The translations under genes and the position numbers were made by a program. The notes beneath the pieces were generated by a model. That model saw nothing but the letters and a program-made list of their open reading frames with translations. It was not told the DNA's origin and did no database searches. A stretch of 64,000 nt of DNA. Origin: an uncultured Parasporobacterium sp. GTDB lineage: Bacteria > Bacillota > Clostridia > Lachnospirales > Lachnospiraceae. Where the stretch lies: contig CAZGVB010000001.1 of NCBI GenBank assembly GCA_964528825.1, positions 14,044-78,043 of the forward strand. Reading direction: 5' to 3'. Below, in pieces: positions 1 to 10,342 of the stretch. Each line of letters starts with the position of its first letter. The first letter of the stretch is position 1.

Positions 1-1
1 A

Positions 2-298
2 ACCGCGGTCCCGGTCGATCTTTACGGACTGGATGAGAAAACATTATTCATCAATATGCTGGATGAGCTTAACGAAAGTCCGGTAAAGGTGGACGCCGAT
101 ATGCTGACTGACCGAATAGCTACAGCAGCGTGCAAAGCAGCTGTAAAGGGAGAACATGACTTATCCTTCGAAGAGGCGGATGGACTGATCGAGGAACTGC
201 TTTCACTTGATAATCCATACAATTGTCCGCACGGGAGGCCAACAATCATTACAATGTCAAAATATGAAATGGAAAAGAAGTTTAAAAGGATAATTTGA
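2..298 (+). CDS. mutL: DNA mismatch repair protein MutL, C-terminal fragment (5' part lies outside the window)
   Basis: The frame is open from the window edge to TGA at 296-298. The tail ...LSLDNPYNCPHGRPTIITMSKYEMEKKFKRII matches the conserved MutL C-terminal end. mutL-miaA adjacency is the usual arrangement. Confidence 0.85.
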   Translation, partial: TAVPVDLYGLDEKTLFINMLDELNESPVKVDADMLTDRIATAACKAAVKGEHDLSFEEADGLIEELLSLDNPYNCPHGRPTIITMSKYEMEKKFKRII

Positions 299-1251
299 TG
301 ATACAAAAGAAGCCTCTCGTTATAATCGGCGGTGCGACAGGAGTTGGCAAAACCTCACTCTCAATAGAGCTGGCAAAAATGATCAACGGTGAAATAATAA
401 GTGCCGATTCCATGCAGGTATATAAAGGCTTTGATATAGGAACGGCAAAGATCAAAGAGCACGAGAAGCAGGGCATAAGACACTATTTGATCGATATTCT
501 TCCGCCAAATGCCGAATTTAACGTATTTGAATTCAAAAGCAGAGCCGCAGAGGCTATTGAAAATATTTATTCAGACCAAAAGATACCTATAATAGTCGGT
601 GGGACAGGATTTTATATTCAGTCTGTTCTGTATGATATTGATTTTCAGGATGATGATAATGACAAGTCATATAGGAGTTACCTTGAGGGTCTGGCCGAAA
701 AAGAGGGGTTTGAAAGCACATTTAAGCTGCTTGAAGAAGTTGATCCGGATTCTGCGTCTAAGATCCATCCGCATAATGTCAAACGTGTGATACGTGCTCT
801 CGAATATTTCAATAAGACAGGTGAGACTATTTCGTCTCATAATGAGAGAGAAAGCAATAGACTCTCTCCTTATAATTATGCTTATTTTGTATTAAATCGT
901 AAAAGAGAAAAAATATATAAAAATATAAATGAACGTGTTGACAAAATGATCTCTGATGGGCTTGTAAGTGAGGTAGAGACATTACTAAACAGCGGCATTG
1001 ATCCACGGATGCCTGCAATGCAGGGAATAGGATATAAGGAGATAATCCCGTATATAGAAGGTCGTGAAGATATCAACGATGCTATAGACAATATAAAGCT
1101 TGATACAAGACATTTTGCCAAAAGGCAGATAACATGGTTTAAGAGAGAAAAAGAATCTATATGGATCGAATATGAGGATCATAAAGATAACAATGCGATC
1201 CTGAATCATATGATGAATATTTTAAAGAAGAAAGGCATTATTAATGTTTGA
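298..1251 (+). CDS. miaA: tRNA dimethylallyltransferase MiaA
   Basis: It has the P-loop GGATGVGKTS, plus ISADSMQVYKGFDIGTAKI, GGTGFY and KRQITWF motifs typical of IPP transferase. The ATG at 298 overlaps the mutL stop (TGATG). The track ORF starts 3 nt earlier at TTG. Confidence 0.93.
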   Translation: MIQKKPLVIIGGATGVGKTSLSIELAKMINGEIISADSMQVYKGFDIGTAKIKEHEKQGIRHYLIDILPPNAEFNVFEFKSRAAEAIENIYSDQKIPIIVGGTGFYIQSVLYDIDFQDDDNDKSYRSYLEGLAEKEGFESTFKLLEEVDPDSASKIHPHNVKRVIRALEYFNKTGETISSHNERESNRLSPYNYAYFVLNRKREKIYKNINERVDKMISDGLVSEVETLLNSGIDPRMPAMQGIGYKEIIPYIEGREDINDAIDNIKLDTRHFAKRQITWFKREKESIWIEYEDHKDNNAILNHMMNILKKKGIINV

Positions 1252-2500
1252 ATATCCGGATATAGACAGCAAATTATTAGATACTGCAAGAGATGTTGAA
1301 CAAGAGCTTGCGGATATTTACAAGGAGGCAGAAGAGATCTCAGAGGCAAATCAATATAAAGTTCTTAACGCTTTCAGAAATAATAGGGTAGCGCAGCAGC
1401 ATTTTCAATCGGGTTCCGGATACGGATATGCTGAATCCGGCAGAGACCTGCTCGAAAAGATCTATTCTGATATTTTTCATACTGAGGATGCCTTGGTAAG
1501 ACCGCAGATAACATGTGGAACTCATGCTATTTATCTGGCTTTGTCGGCCAATCTTCTCCCCGGTGATGAATTGCTTTATATCACCGGCAGCCCATATGAC
1601 AGTCTGGAGAGTTCGGTCGGTATAAATGACTGCGCCGTTTCGCTCAAAGAATATGGTGTTTCGTTCGACTATGTCGAGCTTATCGATGACACTTATTTTG
1701 ATTTTGATATGATAAAAGAAAAAATAAGATCAAATACAAAGATCGTCGCGATCCAAAGATCAAAGGGATATAGGGTGCGTGCTTCACTCAGTCCCGAGTA
1801 TATCGGTGAAACCGTAAGGTTCATAAGATCAATCAACAAAGATATCATTATTTTTGTTGACAACTGTTATGGTGAATTCGTGGATATAGATGAGCCGACA
1901 GACTATGGAGCGGATATGTGTGCCGGTTCATTGATAAAAAATCCGGGCGGGGGACTTGCAGTTACGGGAGGATATATCGTTGGAAGGACAGAGCTCATCC
2001 GACGCTGCTCTTACAGGCTTACGGCCCCGGGACTTGGAAAAGAGGTCGGCGTAACGGGAGGAATGCTCAGATCCTTCTATCAAGGTTTATCCTTTGCTCC
2101 GAAGATAGTTTGCGAGGCAGTCAAAAATTCCCATTTTCTTGCGGCTTTGTGTGAGCATCTCGGTTACGAATCGTCACCTACATCAAAGGAAAAGAGACAT
2201 TGCATTGTGCAAACGATCAATTTTTTGTCTCCGCAAAAACTTGAAAAATTTTGTCAGTCGATCCAGGCAGCGTCCTATGTAGACAGCTATGTCTGCCCGC
2301 AGGCATGGGATATGCCGGGGTATCAGGATAAAGTCATTATGGCAAGTGGTGCCTTTGTTGACGGTTCATCTATCGAGCTTTCCTGTGACGGGCCTATGAG
2401 ATACCCCTATACAGCATATTTTCAAGGTGGTCTTACGCATGAACATGGCAGATATGCCATCCTATCTGCCTTGCAGGCGGTAAATGCCATATCAAATTAA
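1244..2500 (+). CDS. Methionine gamma-lyase family / aluminium-resistance (YnbB-like) PLP-dependent protein
   Basis: A 418-aa ORF carrying SGSGYGYAESGRDLLEKIYSDIFHTEDALVRPQITCGTHAI and SLIKNPGGGLA patterns characteristic of the YnbB/aluminium-resistance family. That family commonly follows miaA in Firmicutes. Confidence 0.8.
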   Translation: MFEYPDIDSKLLDTARDVEQELADIYKEAEEISEANQYKVLNAFRNNRVAQQHFQSGSGYGYAESGRDLLEKIYSDIFHTEDALVRPQITCGTHAIYLALSANLLPGDELLYITGSPYDSLESSVGINDCAVSLKEYGVSFDYVELIDDTYFDFDMIKEKIRSNTKIVAIQRSKGYRVRASLSPEYIGETVRFIRSINKDIIIFVDNCYGEFVDIDEPTDYGADMCAGSLIKNPGGGLAVTGGYIVGRTELIRRCSYRLTAPGLGKEVGVTGGMLRSFYQGLSFAPKIVCEAVKNSHFLAALCEHLGYESSPTSKEKRHCIVQTINFLSPQKLEKFCQSIQAASYVDSYVCPQAWDMPGYQDKVIMASGAFVDGSSIELSCDGPMRYPYTAYFQGGLTHEHGRYAILSALQAVNAISN

Positions 2501-2605
2501 AACATCAATGGTATTTTTGTGAAATGCTGTTCTTTGTATTTTTGCTGTGATAAAATTGTAAAGATGAATTTGGGATTGTCTTCTAAAGAAAAGGAGACAA
2601 TTTTT

Positions 2606-3298
2606 ATGACGATCAAGCAAATGCCGCAGGAATACAGGCCGGATGAAAAATTCATAAAATTCGGACCGCAAGCACTAACAGGAGCAGAGCTTCTTGCGAT
2701 TATCTTAAGAACAGGAAGCACAGGAATCACATCTGTAGAGCTCACTGAAAACATCCTGCGGAACATAAGCACCGGAAATGAGGATCTTTTGAATATATTT
2801 AAATATGATTTAAAGGATCTCCTGAATTTTCAAGGCGTAGGAGCGGTTAAAGCTGTTCAGATCAAGGCGATCGCTGAATTATCAAAGAGGATATCTGTCA
2901 CAAGATATTCCGATACTGTATTATTTAACGATCCGTCAGTCGTAGCGGCTCACTATATGGAGCAGCTGAGGCACTTGAAAAAAGAAGTGGTTGTGCTCGT
3001 GATGCTGAATTCTGCCTGCAGATTTGTATGTGATAAACACATTTCGCAGGGTACAGTGAACGCTTCACTTTTCTCGCCGAGAGAAATATTTATAGAAGCA
3101 TTAAAACATGAGGCCGTCAACATAATCCTGCTTCATAATCATCCCAGCGGATGCCTTGATCCGAGTGATTGTGATATTGTCAGCACAAAACGCGTATTGA
3201 GATCCGGCAAAATGATCGGAATCAATTTGCTGGATCATATAATCATCGGTGACGGCGAATATATAAGTTTAAAAGAAAAAGGTTTATTGTATGAGTGA
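2606..3298 (+). CDS. radC: RadC-family JAB/MPN domain protein
   Basis: It has an N-terminal HhH-like segment (GPQALTGAELLAIILRTG) and the JAMM motif LLHNHPSG..PS..D. I placed the start at ATG 2606, which follows GGAGA, rather than at the 2519 ORF start. Confidence 0.85.
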   Translation: MTIKQMPQEYRPDEKFIKFGPQALTGAELLAIILRTGSTGITSVELTENILRNISTGNEDLLNIFKYDLKDLLNFQGVGAVKAVQIKAIAELSKRISVTRYSDTVLFNDPSVVAAHYMEQLRHLKKEVVVLVMLNSACRFVCDKHISQGTVNASLFSPREIFIEALKHEAVNIILLHNHPSGCLDPSDCDIVSTKRVLRSGKMIGINLLDHIIIGDGEYISLKEKGLLYE

Positions 3299-4313
3299 TC
3301 TAAGATATGGTTTGGATATCGGAACACAAAATATCAGTATATCTTCTGTTTCGGCAAAAGAGATATTAGTGGAAAAAAATATCATTGCTGTCCGTGACGG
3401 AAAATATGTTATAGGTTATGGCAATGATGCATATGAGATGTTTGAAAAGGCGCCTGAAAATGTTGAGGTTATCTTTCCTGTAAAAATGGGCGTTATTTCA
3501 AATCTCAATAAAATGCAGGCTGTACTTGAGGGCTTGTATAAAAAGCTTAATAGAGGAAAATTGATAAAAGGAAGCGAATTCCTGATCGCTGTTCCCACAG
3601 ACACGACAGAGGTTGAAAAAAGAGCTTTTTATGAATTGGTGGCCGCATCAAATATCAGACCGAAAAATGTTTATGTAGTTGAAAAAAGCATTGCCGACTC
3701 TATTGCATGCGGAATAAGCCCTAAGAGCGTATCCGGAAATATTCTGGTGAATATAGGCGCAGATACGACAGATATAACTGTAATTTCCCACGGCGGTATT
3801 GTCACGCATAAGACCATAAAAATTGCCGGGAATCGATTTAACGAGCTTATAGGCAGCTCTGTCCGTTCTGTTCATGGCGCGCTTATAGGAAATAGGACAG
3901 CGGAATTACTCAAAAAAAAATTAACAGATCTTTCACAGGAACCGCAATACGATGAAATGACTGTTTTCGCAAGACGGATATCTACAGGTCTTCCCGTAAA
4001 GATACCTGTAAGCAGTGAGCTTGTCACAAATTCGATAAGAGAATCTTTAATTACCATTATTGATGATACGAAACGTGTTATCGAAGAAATCCCCCCGGAA
4101 CTTGCGGCTGATATTACCGAGAACGGTATATATATTTTGGGTGGAAGTGCATGCCTTAAAAATATTGATGAATTATTTTATCATGAGACAAAAATGAAAA
4201 TAAATACCGTGGTCGACCCATCTAACAGTACGATCATAGGTGTAACAAAAATATTCGGCAATTCAAGATATGATAATTTGAGATATCTTCCAAAGGAAAA
4301 GGAATATAACTGA
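3291..4313 (+). CDS. mreB: MreB-like actin-family rod-shape protein (divergent nucleotide-binding motifs)
   Basis: It sits directly upstream of mreC/mreD and has the actin-fold layout (GLDIGTQN, VNIGADTTDITVIS, IPPELAADI, LGGSACLKN), collinear with MreB. Several catalytic motifs are substituted (see finding). Confidence 0.8.
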   Translation: MSDLRYGLDIGTQNISISSVSAKEILVEKNIIAVRDGKYVIGYGNDAYEMFEKAPENVEVIFPVKMGVISNLNKMQAVLEGLYKKLNRGKLIKGSEFLIAVPTDTTEVEKRAFYELVAASNIRPKNVYVVEKSIADSIACGISPKSVSGNILVNIGADTTDITVISHGGIVTHKTIKIAGNRFNELIGSSVRSVHGALIGNRTAELLKKKLTDLSQEPQYDEMTVFARRISTGLPVKIPVSSELVTNSIRESLITIIDDTKRVIEEIPPELAADITENGIYILGGSACLKNIDELFYHETKMKINTVVDPSNSTIIGVTKIFGNSRYDNLRYLPKEKEYN

Positions 4314-4315
4314 TA

Positions 4316-5320
4316 ATGGATAAAAAAGCCGATAAGCTTTCAGATACAATTAGATCGGGTAAAGAGAGAGAAGACAAACTTGAAGATATTACTGACGGAC
4401 ATATACCTTCAGACCAAAAGACAAACAGACTGACTGAATTCCTGTCGCGATTTAAGATACACAGATCGGCGGGAAAGAAGAAGCCTATAAAGCTCAACCC
4501 CAAGATACTCTTTGTGATATTGGCGGCTGTATGTCTGTCACTTATAATTCTTTCATCTGTATTTGAACAGGTCGCCAGACCTTTTAAGGCGGCGGCTTCT
4601 TTTGTTGTTTTTCCTGCTCAGGACGGAATAAATACGATTGGTAATTGGTTAGCCGAAAAGGTCGATGATCTAAAAACAATAGAGGAGTTAACCGAAGAAA
4701 ATAAACAACTGAAGCAGGAGATCGAAGAGCTTACAGATACTAATAACATCCTCAGATTGCAAAATTCGGAAATTGATAAATTAAACGAAATACTTGATCT
4801 TAAGTCACAGTATCAGGACTATGAAACCATTGCGGTGAAGATAGTATCGAAGGATGCCTCAAACAGATTTTCAACATTTATCGTCAATAAAGGATCCGCA
4901 GACGGGATAAAGAAAAATATGAATGTTGTGTCAAGCGGCGGCTTGGTTGGCGCCGTTACCGACGTAAGCCTGAACTATTCTACGGTTATGACTATAATCA
5001 ATGACGAAAGCAATATAAGCGCAATGTTCGAAAATGGATCCGATCTGTGCATTGTAGAAGGCGGGCTTTCGGAAATTGATAATGAAAATCTGATGGAATT
5101 TTCAAGCGCCGGTGCAAATGTGAAGATAAATGAAGGAGATGCCTTGGTAACATCTTATGTAAGTTCTTTGTACCTGCCCGGATTGCTTATCGGTTATGTG
5201 TCTGATTATGAGACAGACGGAAACGAGCTCACACAATCGGGACATATTGTTCCTTCTGCTGATTTTGATAAGCTAAGTGAAGTCCTTATCATTACAGAAT
5301 TAAAGGAGACCTCGGATTGA
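4316..5320 (+). CDS. mreC: Rod shape-determining protein MreC
   Basis: It lies between mreB and mreD. It has a single TM, a coiled coil (LKQEIEELTDTNNILRLQNSEIDKL) and a C-terminal beta-rich domain (SSGGLVGAV, LPGLLIGYV). Confidence 0.8.
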   Translation: MDKKADKLSDTIRSGKEREDKLEDITDGHIPSDQKTNRLTEFLSRFKIHRSAGKKKPIKLNPKILFVILAAVCLSLIILSSVFEQVARPFKAAASFVVFPAQDGINTIGNWLAEKVDDLKTIEELTEENKQLKQEIEELTDTNNILRLQNSEIDKLNEILDLKSQYQDYETIAVKIVSKDASNRFSTFIVNKGSADGIKKNMNVVSSGGLVGAVTDVSLNYSTVMTIINDESNISAMFENGSDLCIVEGGLSEIDNENLMEFSSAGANVKINEGDALVTSYVSSLYLPGLLIGYVSDYETDGNELTQSGHIVPSADFDKLSEVLIITELKETSD

Positions 5321-5850
5321 TGCAATATAAGATACGTAATTTTTTTATTATTTTTGCGATCATATTGATATCTTTTTCTGTGGAATATTCAATATTCACG
5401 AGGATACCTCTTTTAGACAGCGCACCGAATCTGATGCTGGCGACGATATTTTTCTTCGGATACGTCAAAGACAGCAATATCGGCATGCTTGTCGGATTCT
5501 TTTCAGGACTGTGTATTGATGTTTTTTACGGACCGGTTATCGGATATAATGCTTTGATATTTGTAATAATAGGTGCTGTATGCGGCAGGTTAAACAAAGT
5601 ATATTATTCTAATTCGGTATTTATACAGATTTTATTGATCTTTCTGCTTGATAACGCATGTACACTGATATATTTTTTCTTTTGGCATATATTGCATGCA
5701 AAATTTGATATCATATATTACTTAACCAGAATAATGATACCGGAATCACTATTCACAATGACTGTGGGAATTGTTCTATTGCGGCCGATGTCGGCTCTTA
5801 TTAGATTTATGTATAGTTACGAAGCTTTAAGCGAGGCGGAAAATATATAA
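5317..5850 (+). CDS. mreD: Rod shape-determining protein MreD
   Basis: A 177-aa polytopic hydrophobic ORF that overlaps the mreC stop and occupies the canonical position in the mreBCD operon. Confidence 0.75.
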   Translation: MMQYKIRNFFIIFAIILISFSVEYSIFTRIPLLDSAPNLMLATIFFFGYVKDSNIGMLVGFFSGLCIDVFYGPVIGYNALIFVIIGAVCGRLNKVYYSNSVFIQILLIFLLDNACTLIYFFFWHILHAKFDIIYYLTRIMIPESLFTMTVGIVLLRPMSALIRFMYSYEALSEAENI

Positions 5851-8741
5851 TGCAAATATTTAAAGCTTTTTCAAAATATCTCTTTTCTTTTTTCAAAAAA
5901 AAGATTTTATATCTTTTTAATGCTGTCAAATATTGCCTTATAAAACTTTTTTCATCAAGGATTGCACTTTTGTTGGCTGTTCTGATCGCAGGATTTTGCG
6001 TCATCGTAGGAAGACTGTTTTATCTTCAAATAGTAAAATCACAATATTATACTCAGAATTTTACTGCTAAAGCAGAAAAAACGATTTCTGTAGATGCGGC
6101 AAGAGGCAATATTTATGACACAAACGGTAATCCTCTTGCATACAATGAGATCGGATATTCTGTAGTCATGACCGACGAGGTACCGAGCGGCGATGATCGC
6201 GGTGATAAGCTTAACGGGATTATTTATAATGCTATCAATATTATTGAATCTAACGGCGACAGTATAATAGATGATTTTAATATTGAACTTGATGATGAAG
6301 GTAATTATGTCTTTAAAGAAGATCCGCAAACAAGACAGATCACTTTCCTTGTAAATATATTCGGTATGACATCCGATGAGATTGCCGAGGAGGGTTATGA
6401 TAAATATACGGCAGATGAGCTGATGGAATACCTTTGCGGTGAGGAAAAATATGATCTGGATGAAAAATATACAAAAGAGGATTGCCTTAAGATTGTTACG
6501 ATCAGATATGCTCTGTCATTAACTGCATATCAAAAATATATGGCCACTACTATTTCATATGATATTAATGACTATACAATGGCTGCTATCCTCGAGAGCA
6601 CGGAGGATCTTACAGGTGTTGAGGTCCAGGAAACATACAAGCGTGTATACAATAATGCAAAATATTTTTCTCATATTTTGGGTTATACAGGTGAGATCTC
6701 AGAGGACGAGCTTAAAGAATACAATCTCGAGAATTTGACAAATATCACATATTCTATCGGTGATAAAGTAGGAAAAAGCGGCATCGAGCAAACATATGAC
6801 GCGTATCTGCAAGGGAAAAAGGGTGAAAAAAAGGTTTTCGTTGACAGCACCGGAAAAATAATAGAAACGATCAGCGAAAAAAAATCAGAGAGTGGTAATG
6901 ACATTTATCTCACTATTGATTCGGAGCTTCAGATCGCTGCTTACGATATTCTTGAGAAGAAGCTGGCTGCATGTCTTATAAATAAAATTGTAAATTATGA
7001 TTATGTTGCAACAGAAAAACAAAATTATGTTTACATACCGATAAAGGATGTCTACTATCAGATCCTGACGAATATTGTAGATTACAATAAGTTTTCAGAT
7101 GATGATGCCTCAGGCCGTGAAAAAAATACTCTCAGCACATTTGAGAAAAAAAGAAAAAATATCATGGATTGGATTAAAAAGGAACTTCTGGGTTCTGAGA
7201 GTACCGCACCGTCTGATCTAAGTGAAGAACAGGGTGAATATATTTATTATATATATGAGGTGCTTACAGACGAGGGAATCTTATCAACGGATCTTATAGA
7301 CACGGAAGATGAGATATATACAGGATGGATAAATGATGAGATTACATTCAGAGAATTCCTGCAGCATGCCATTGCAGAAAATTGGATAGATGTTACGAAG
7401 ATAAACTCAACGGAAAAATATTCAAATTCCGATGAGCTTTATGAAGAAATAGTTAATGCGGCGCTGGAAAAGATACCTGACAATGATGATTTTATCGAAA
7501 AGATCTATTATTATCTTATATACAATGGTGACATTCTACCGTATGATATCTGTATGATGCTTTATGATCAGGAGATTCTGGAAAAGGATGATCTTTACAC
7601 TCAGCTGAGCGAGTATTCTATAGATACTTATACTTTTGTTATTAGCTCTATTGAGAATCTTACGCTTACTCCGGCAATGATCGCTCTTGACCCGTGCTCC
7701 GGTGCATTGTGTATAACCGATAGTGACACAGGCGATGTGCTTGCTCTTGTCTCTTATCCATCATATGACAATAACAAGCTATCGGGTTCTGTAGACAGTG
7801 AGTATTGGTATGAACTGACACGGAACGATTCACAGCCGCTATTTAATTACGCAACCAGTGCTCTTACTGCTCCGGGTTCCACATTCAAATTATGCACCTC
7901 TGTAGCCGGCCTTGCGGAAGATTATATAGATACGGAAACTGCCATCTATGATGCAGTTTATTTTGATAAGATCTCACCATCTCCTAAATGCTATGTGGCA
8001 CCTGCAAGTCACGGTACGGAAACTCTCTCAACCGCACTAAGGGATTCATGTAATTATTTCTATTTTCAAATAGGATATGATATGAGCCTTGACGAATATG
8101 GAGAATACAACAGTGCGCAGGGATTGGATATCATAAGTGATTACGCCGTGCAGCTGGGTCTCGGAGTAAAATCTGGTATTGAAATAACCGAGGCATCGCC
8201 TAGAGTCTCAACCACTGACTCGGTAAGAACAGCAATAGGGCAGGGTACTAACGGATATGCCGTTGTGCATCTGACGCGCTATGTCAATACAGTCGCAAAC
8301 AGCGGTGATAATTATAAGCTTACACTGCTTGATCACATCTCCGATAAAGAAGGATACACGGTTCTTCAGGAATCAGCTGTTATCTCAAACAAGGTAGAGC
8401 TTGAACAAAACGAATGGGATGCTATACATACAGGTATGCGGTTGGTTACTACATCGGGTACCGCATCATCGTTCTTCAATGATCTGGAGACATCAGTCGC
8501 AGGAAAAACTGGTACTGCAGAGGAAAATGCATACAGATCCAATCATGCCGCCTTTGTAGGCTATGCACCATATGAAAAACCTGAGATCTCGTTTGCATGT
8601 CAAATTCGTAATTGTGATTCGACATCATATCCGGGAGGCGTTCTTTCCGAGGTTTTGCAATATTATTTCGGTGAGACAACACTTGAAGAGGTGCTTTCAA
8701 AACCTGTTGAAAACAATATTGAAGGATTCCATTCCGAATGA
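5850..8741 (+). CDS. mrdA: Class B penicillin-binding protein 2 (elongasome transpeptidase) with a long internal insertion
   Basis: It has an N-terminal TM and a PBP dimerisation region, plus the transpeptidase motifs APGSTFK (SxxK), DSCN (SxN) and GKTGTAE (KTG). It sits between mreD and rodA. Confidence 0.85.
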   Translation: MQIFKAFSKYLFSFFKKKILYLFNAVKYCLIKLFSSRIALLLAVLIAGFCVIVGRLFYLQIVKSQYYTQNFTAKAEKTISVDAARGNIYDTNGNPLAYNEIGYSVVMTDEVPSGDDRGDKLNGIIYNAINIIESNGDSIIDDFNIELDDEGNYVFKEDPQTRQITFLVNIFGMTSDEIAEEGYDKYTADELMEYLCGEEKYDLDEKYTKEDCLKIVTIRYALSLTAYQKYMATTISYDINDYTMAAILESTEDLTGVEVQETYKRVYNNAKYFSHILGYTGEISEDELKEYNLENLTNITYSIGDKVGKSGIEQTYDAYLQGKKGEKKVFVDSTGKIIETISEKKSESGNDIYLTIDSELQIAAYDILEKKLAACLINKIVNYDYVATEKQNYVYIPIKDVYYQILTNIVDYNKFSDDDASGREKNTLSTFEKKRKNIMDWIKKELLGSESTAPSDLSEEQGEYIYYIYEVLTDEGILSTDLIDTEDEIYTGWINDEITFREFLQHAIAENWIDVTKINSTEKYSNSDELYEEIVNAALEKIPDNDDFIEKIYYYLIYNGDILPYDICMMLYDQEILEKDDLYTQLSEYSIDTYTFVISSIENLTLTPAMIALDPCSGALCITDSDTGDVLALVSYPSYDNNKLSGSVDSEYWYELTRNDSQPLFNYATSALTAPGSTFKLCTSVAGLAEDYIDTETAIYDAVYFDKISPSPKCYVAPASHGTETLSTALRDSCNYFYFQIGYDMSLDEYGEYNSAQGLDIISDYAVQLGLGVKSGIEITEASPRVSTTDSVRTAIGQGTNGYAVVHLTRYVNTVANSGDNYKLTLLDHISDKEGYTVLQESAVISNKVELEQNEWDAIHTGMRLVTTSGTASSFFNDLETSVAGKTGTAEENAYRSNHAAFVGYAPYEKPEISFACQIRNCDSTSYPGGVLSEVLQYYFGETTLEEVLSKPVENNIEGFHSE

Positions 8742-8759
8742 TACTGTAAGGGTAAACAA

Positions 8760-9917
8760 TTGAACTTTAAACGTATTATTGAAACAATTAAATCTTATGA
8801 CCTCAGAACCATAAATTATAGATTGATAATTTATGTTTTGGCTCTTTCTGTCATAGGCATACTCGCGATATCGTCTGCTACAGACGTAAAAGAAACCTAT
8901 TATAAGCAGATATTAGGTGTGGGAGTCGGATTTGTGGCGATGATGATATTTGCCATGATCAAGTATGATTTTATCGCAAGATATTATTGGCTGCTTTACT
9001 TAGCAACTATAATATTGCTCGTTTTGGTTTTGACTCCTGCCGGCGAATCTCATATGGGAGCACAAAGATGGCTGTCTGTTTTAGGTATCCAGATGCAGCC
9101 GTCTGAATTTGCCAAATTATTTTTAATCATTTTCTTCTCATCTATCATTACGAAGAATCGGCAATCGCTTAACAGCTGGAAATTTGTAATTGTGCTCATT
9201 ATATTAGCAGTCATACCGGTATTTCTTGTATTCAAGGAGCCTGATCTTTCAAGTTCTATTGTTCTTTTTGTGATCATATGTGCTATAATATTTACGTCAG
9301 AATTAAAAGGCAGATTTATACGGATATTGTTGGCTGTGGCTGTGCCTATTGCAGGAATATTGCTTACACTTATCATCATACTTCCTGCAGATAATAATAT
9401 CATTAAAGAGTATCAATATAACAGATTGATCGGTTTTTATGATGAGGATAATGAGGACGCAGAAAAGCTAAGATATCAGCAGGAAAACTCAGTACTTGCT
9501 ATAGCAAACGGATCCTTAACGGGAAAAGGATTGAAAAATAATTCTGTAACAAGTGTTAAGAATGCCGAGTATCTCTCTGAGCCGGAAACCGATTTTATAT
9601 TTACAATAATCGGTGAAGAATTGGGATTTGTCGGTTCATGCGGAACCATCGCACTTTTGCTTCTTATAGTCATTGCATGCTTTAGGATGGGTATGCGTGC
9701 CAGGGAGGGCATTGGCCGCGGGATATGCATAGGCATGGGGACGCTTATCGGCTTTCAATCCTTTGTAAATCTGGGTGTTGCAACGATGGTGCTTCCGAAT
9801 ACAGGCTTGACGCTTCCGTTTGTAAGTGCGGGCTTGAGTTCACTCATAGTATTATATATGAGTATAGGTATAGTATTAAATGTCGGCATTCGCAGAAAGA
9901 TTGCCTTTCAAGTTTAG
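8760..9917 (+). CDS. rodA: SEDS family peptidoglycan polymerase RodA (TTG start)
   Basis: A 385-aa polytopic membrane ORF with FtsW/RodA/SpoVE signatures (QPSEFAKL, EPETDFIFTIIGEELGFVG, PNTGLTLPFVSAGLSS). It is adjacent to PBP2. Confidence 0.85.
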   Translation: MNFKRIIETIKSYDLRTINYRLIIYVLALSVIGILAISSATDVKETYYKQILGVGVGFVAMMIFAMIKYDFIARYYWLLYLATIILLVLVLTPAGESHMGAQRWLSVLGIQMQPSEFAKLFLIIFFSSIITKNRQSLNSWKFVIVLIILAVIPVFLVFKEPDLSSSIVLFVIICAIIFTSELKGRFIRILLAVAVPIAGILLTLIIILPADNNIIKEYQYNRLIGFYDEDNEDAEKLRYQQENSVLAIANGSLTGKGLKNNSVTSVKNAEYLSEPETDFIFTIIGEELGFVGSCGTIALLLLIVIACFRMGMRAREGIGRGICIGMGTLIGFQSFVNLGVATMVLPNTGLTLPFVSAGLSSLIVLYMSIGIVLNVGIRRKIAFQV

Positions 9918-9929
9918 GAGGATGCAAAT

Positions 9930-10325
9930 TTGAATATCGGATTATTGGCCAGCGATTCTAAAAAAGAACTTATGGTAAACTTCTGCATAGCATATCAAAA
10001 TCTGCTTTCCAAGCACGAATTGTTTGCAACGGGCACGACAGGCTCAAAGATAGAGCATAATACCGACCTTCATGTATATAAGTTTTTGCCGGGTCATTTA
10101 GGCGGTGACAGACAGATGGTTGCACAGATCGAATGCAATCAGATCGATGCTATCATTTTTTTGCGTGATGCAATGCTTGCGCCGTCGCATGACATGAGCT
10201 TTGATATGATACTTCAATTATGTGATATGAATAATATACCGGTAGCTACGAATCTTGCTTCAGCAGAGATCCTTGTAATTGCCATTGACAGGGGCGATCT
10301 TGATTGGCGTAACCTGTACAAATAA
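9930..10325 (+). CDS. mgsA: Methylglyoxal synthase-like protein (TTG start, AGGAGG RBS)
   Basis: It is collinear with MgsA (ATGTTG, GGDRQM, FLRD....SHD, NIPVATNLASAE). The AHD motif reads ASD (see finding). Confidence 0.75.
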   Translation: MNIGLLASDSKKELMVNFCIAYQNLLSKHELFATGTTGSKIEHNTDLHVYKFLPGHLGGDRQMVAQIECNQIDAIIFLRDAMLAPSHDMSFDMILQLCDMNNIPVATNLASAEILVIAIDRGDLDWRNLYK

Positions 10326-10342
10326 AACGGAGGTAACTTTTT

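Noticed and set aside
2519-2605. N-terminal 29-codon extension of radC (MKCCSLYFCC...).
   Set aside because: It has no RBS. The internal ATG at 2606 has a GGAGA RBS and gives the usual RadC length.
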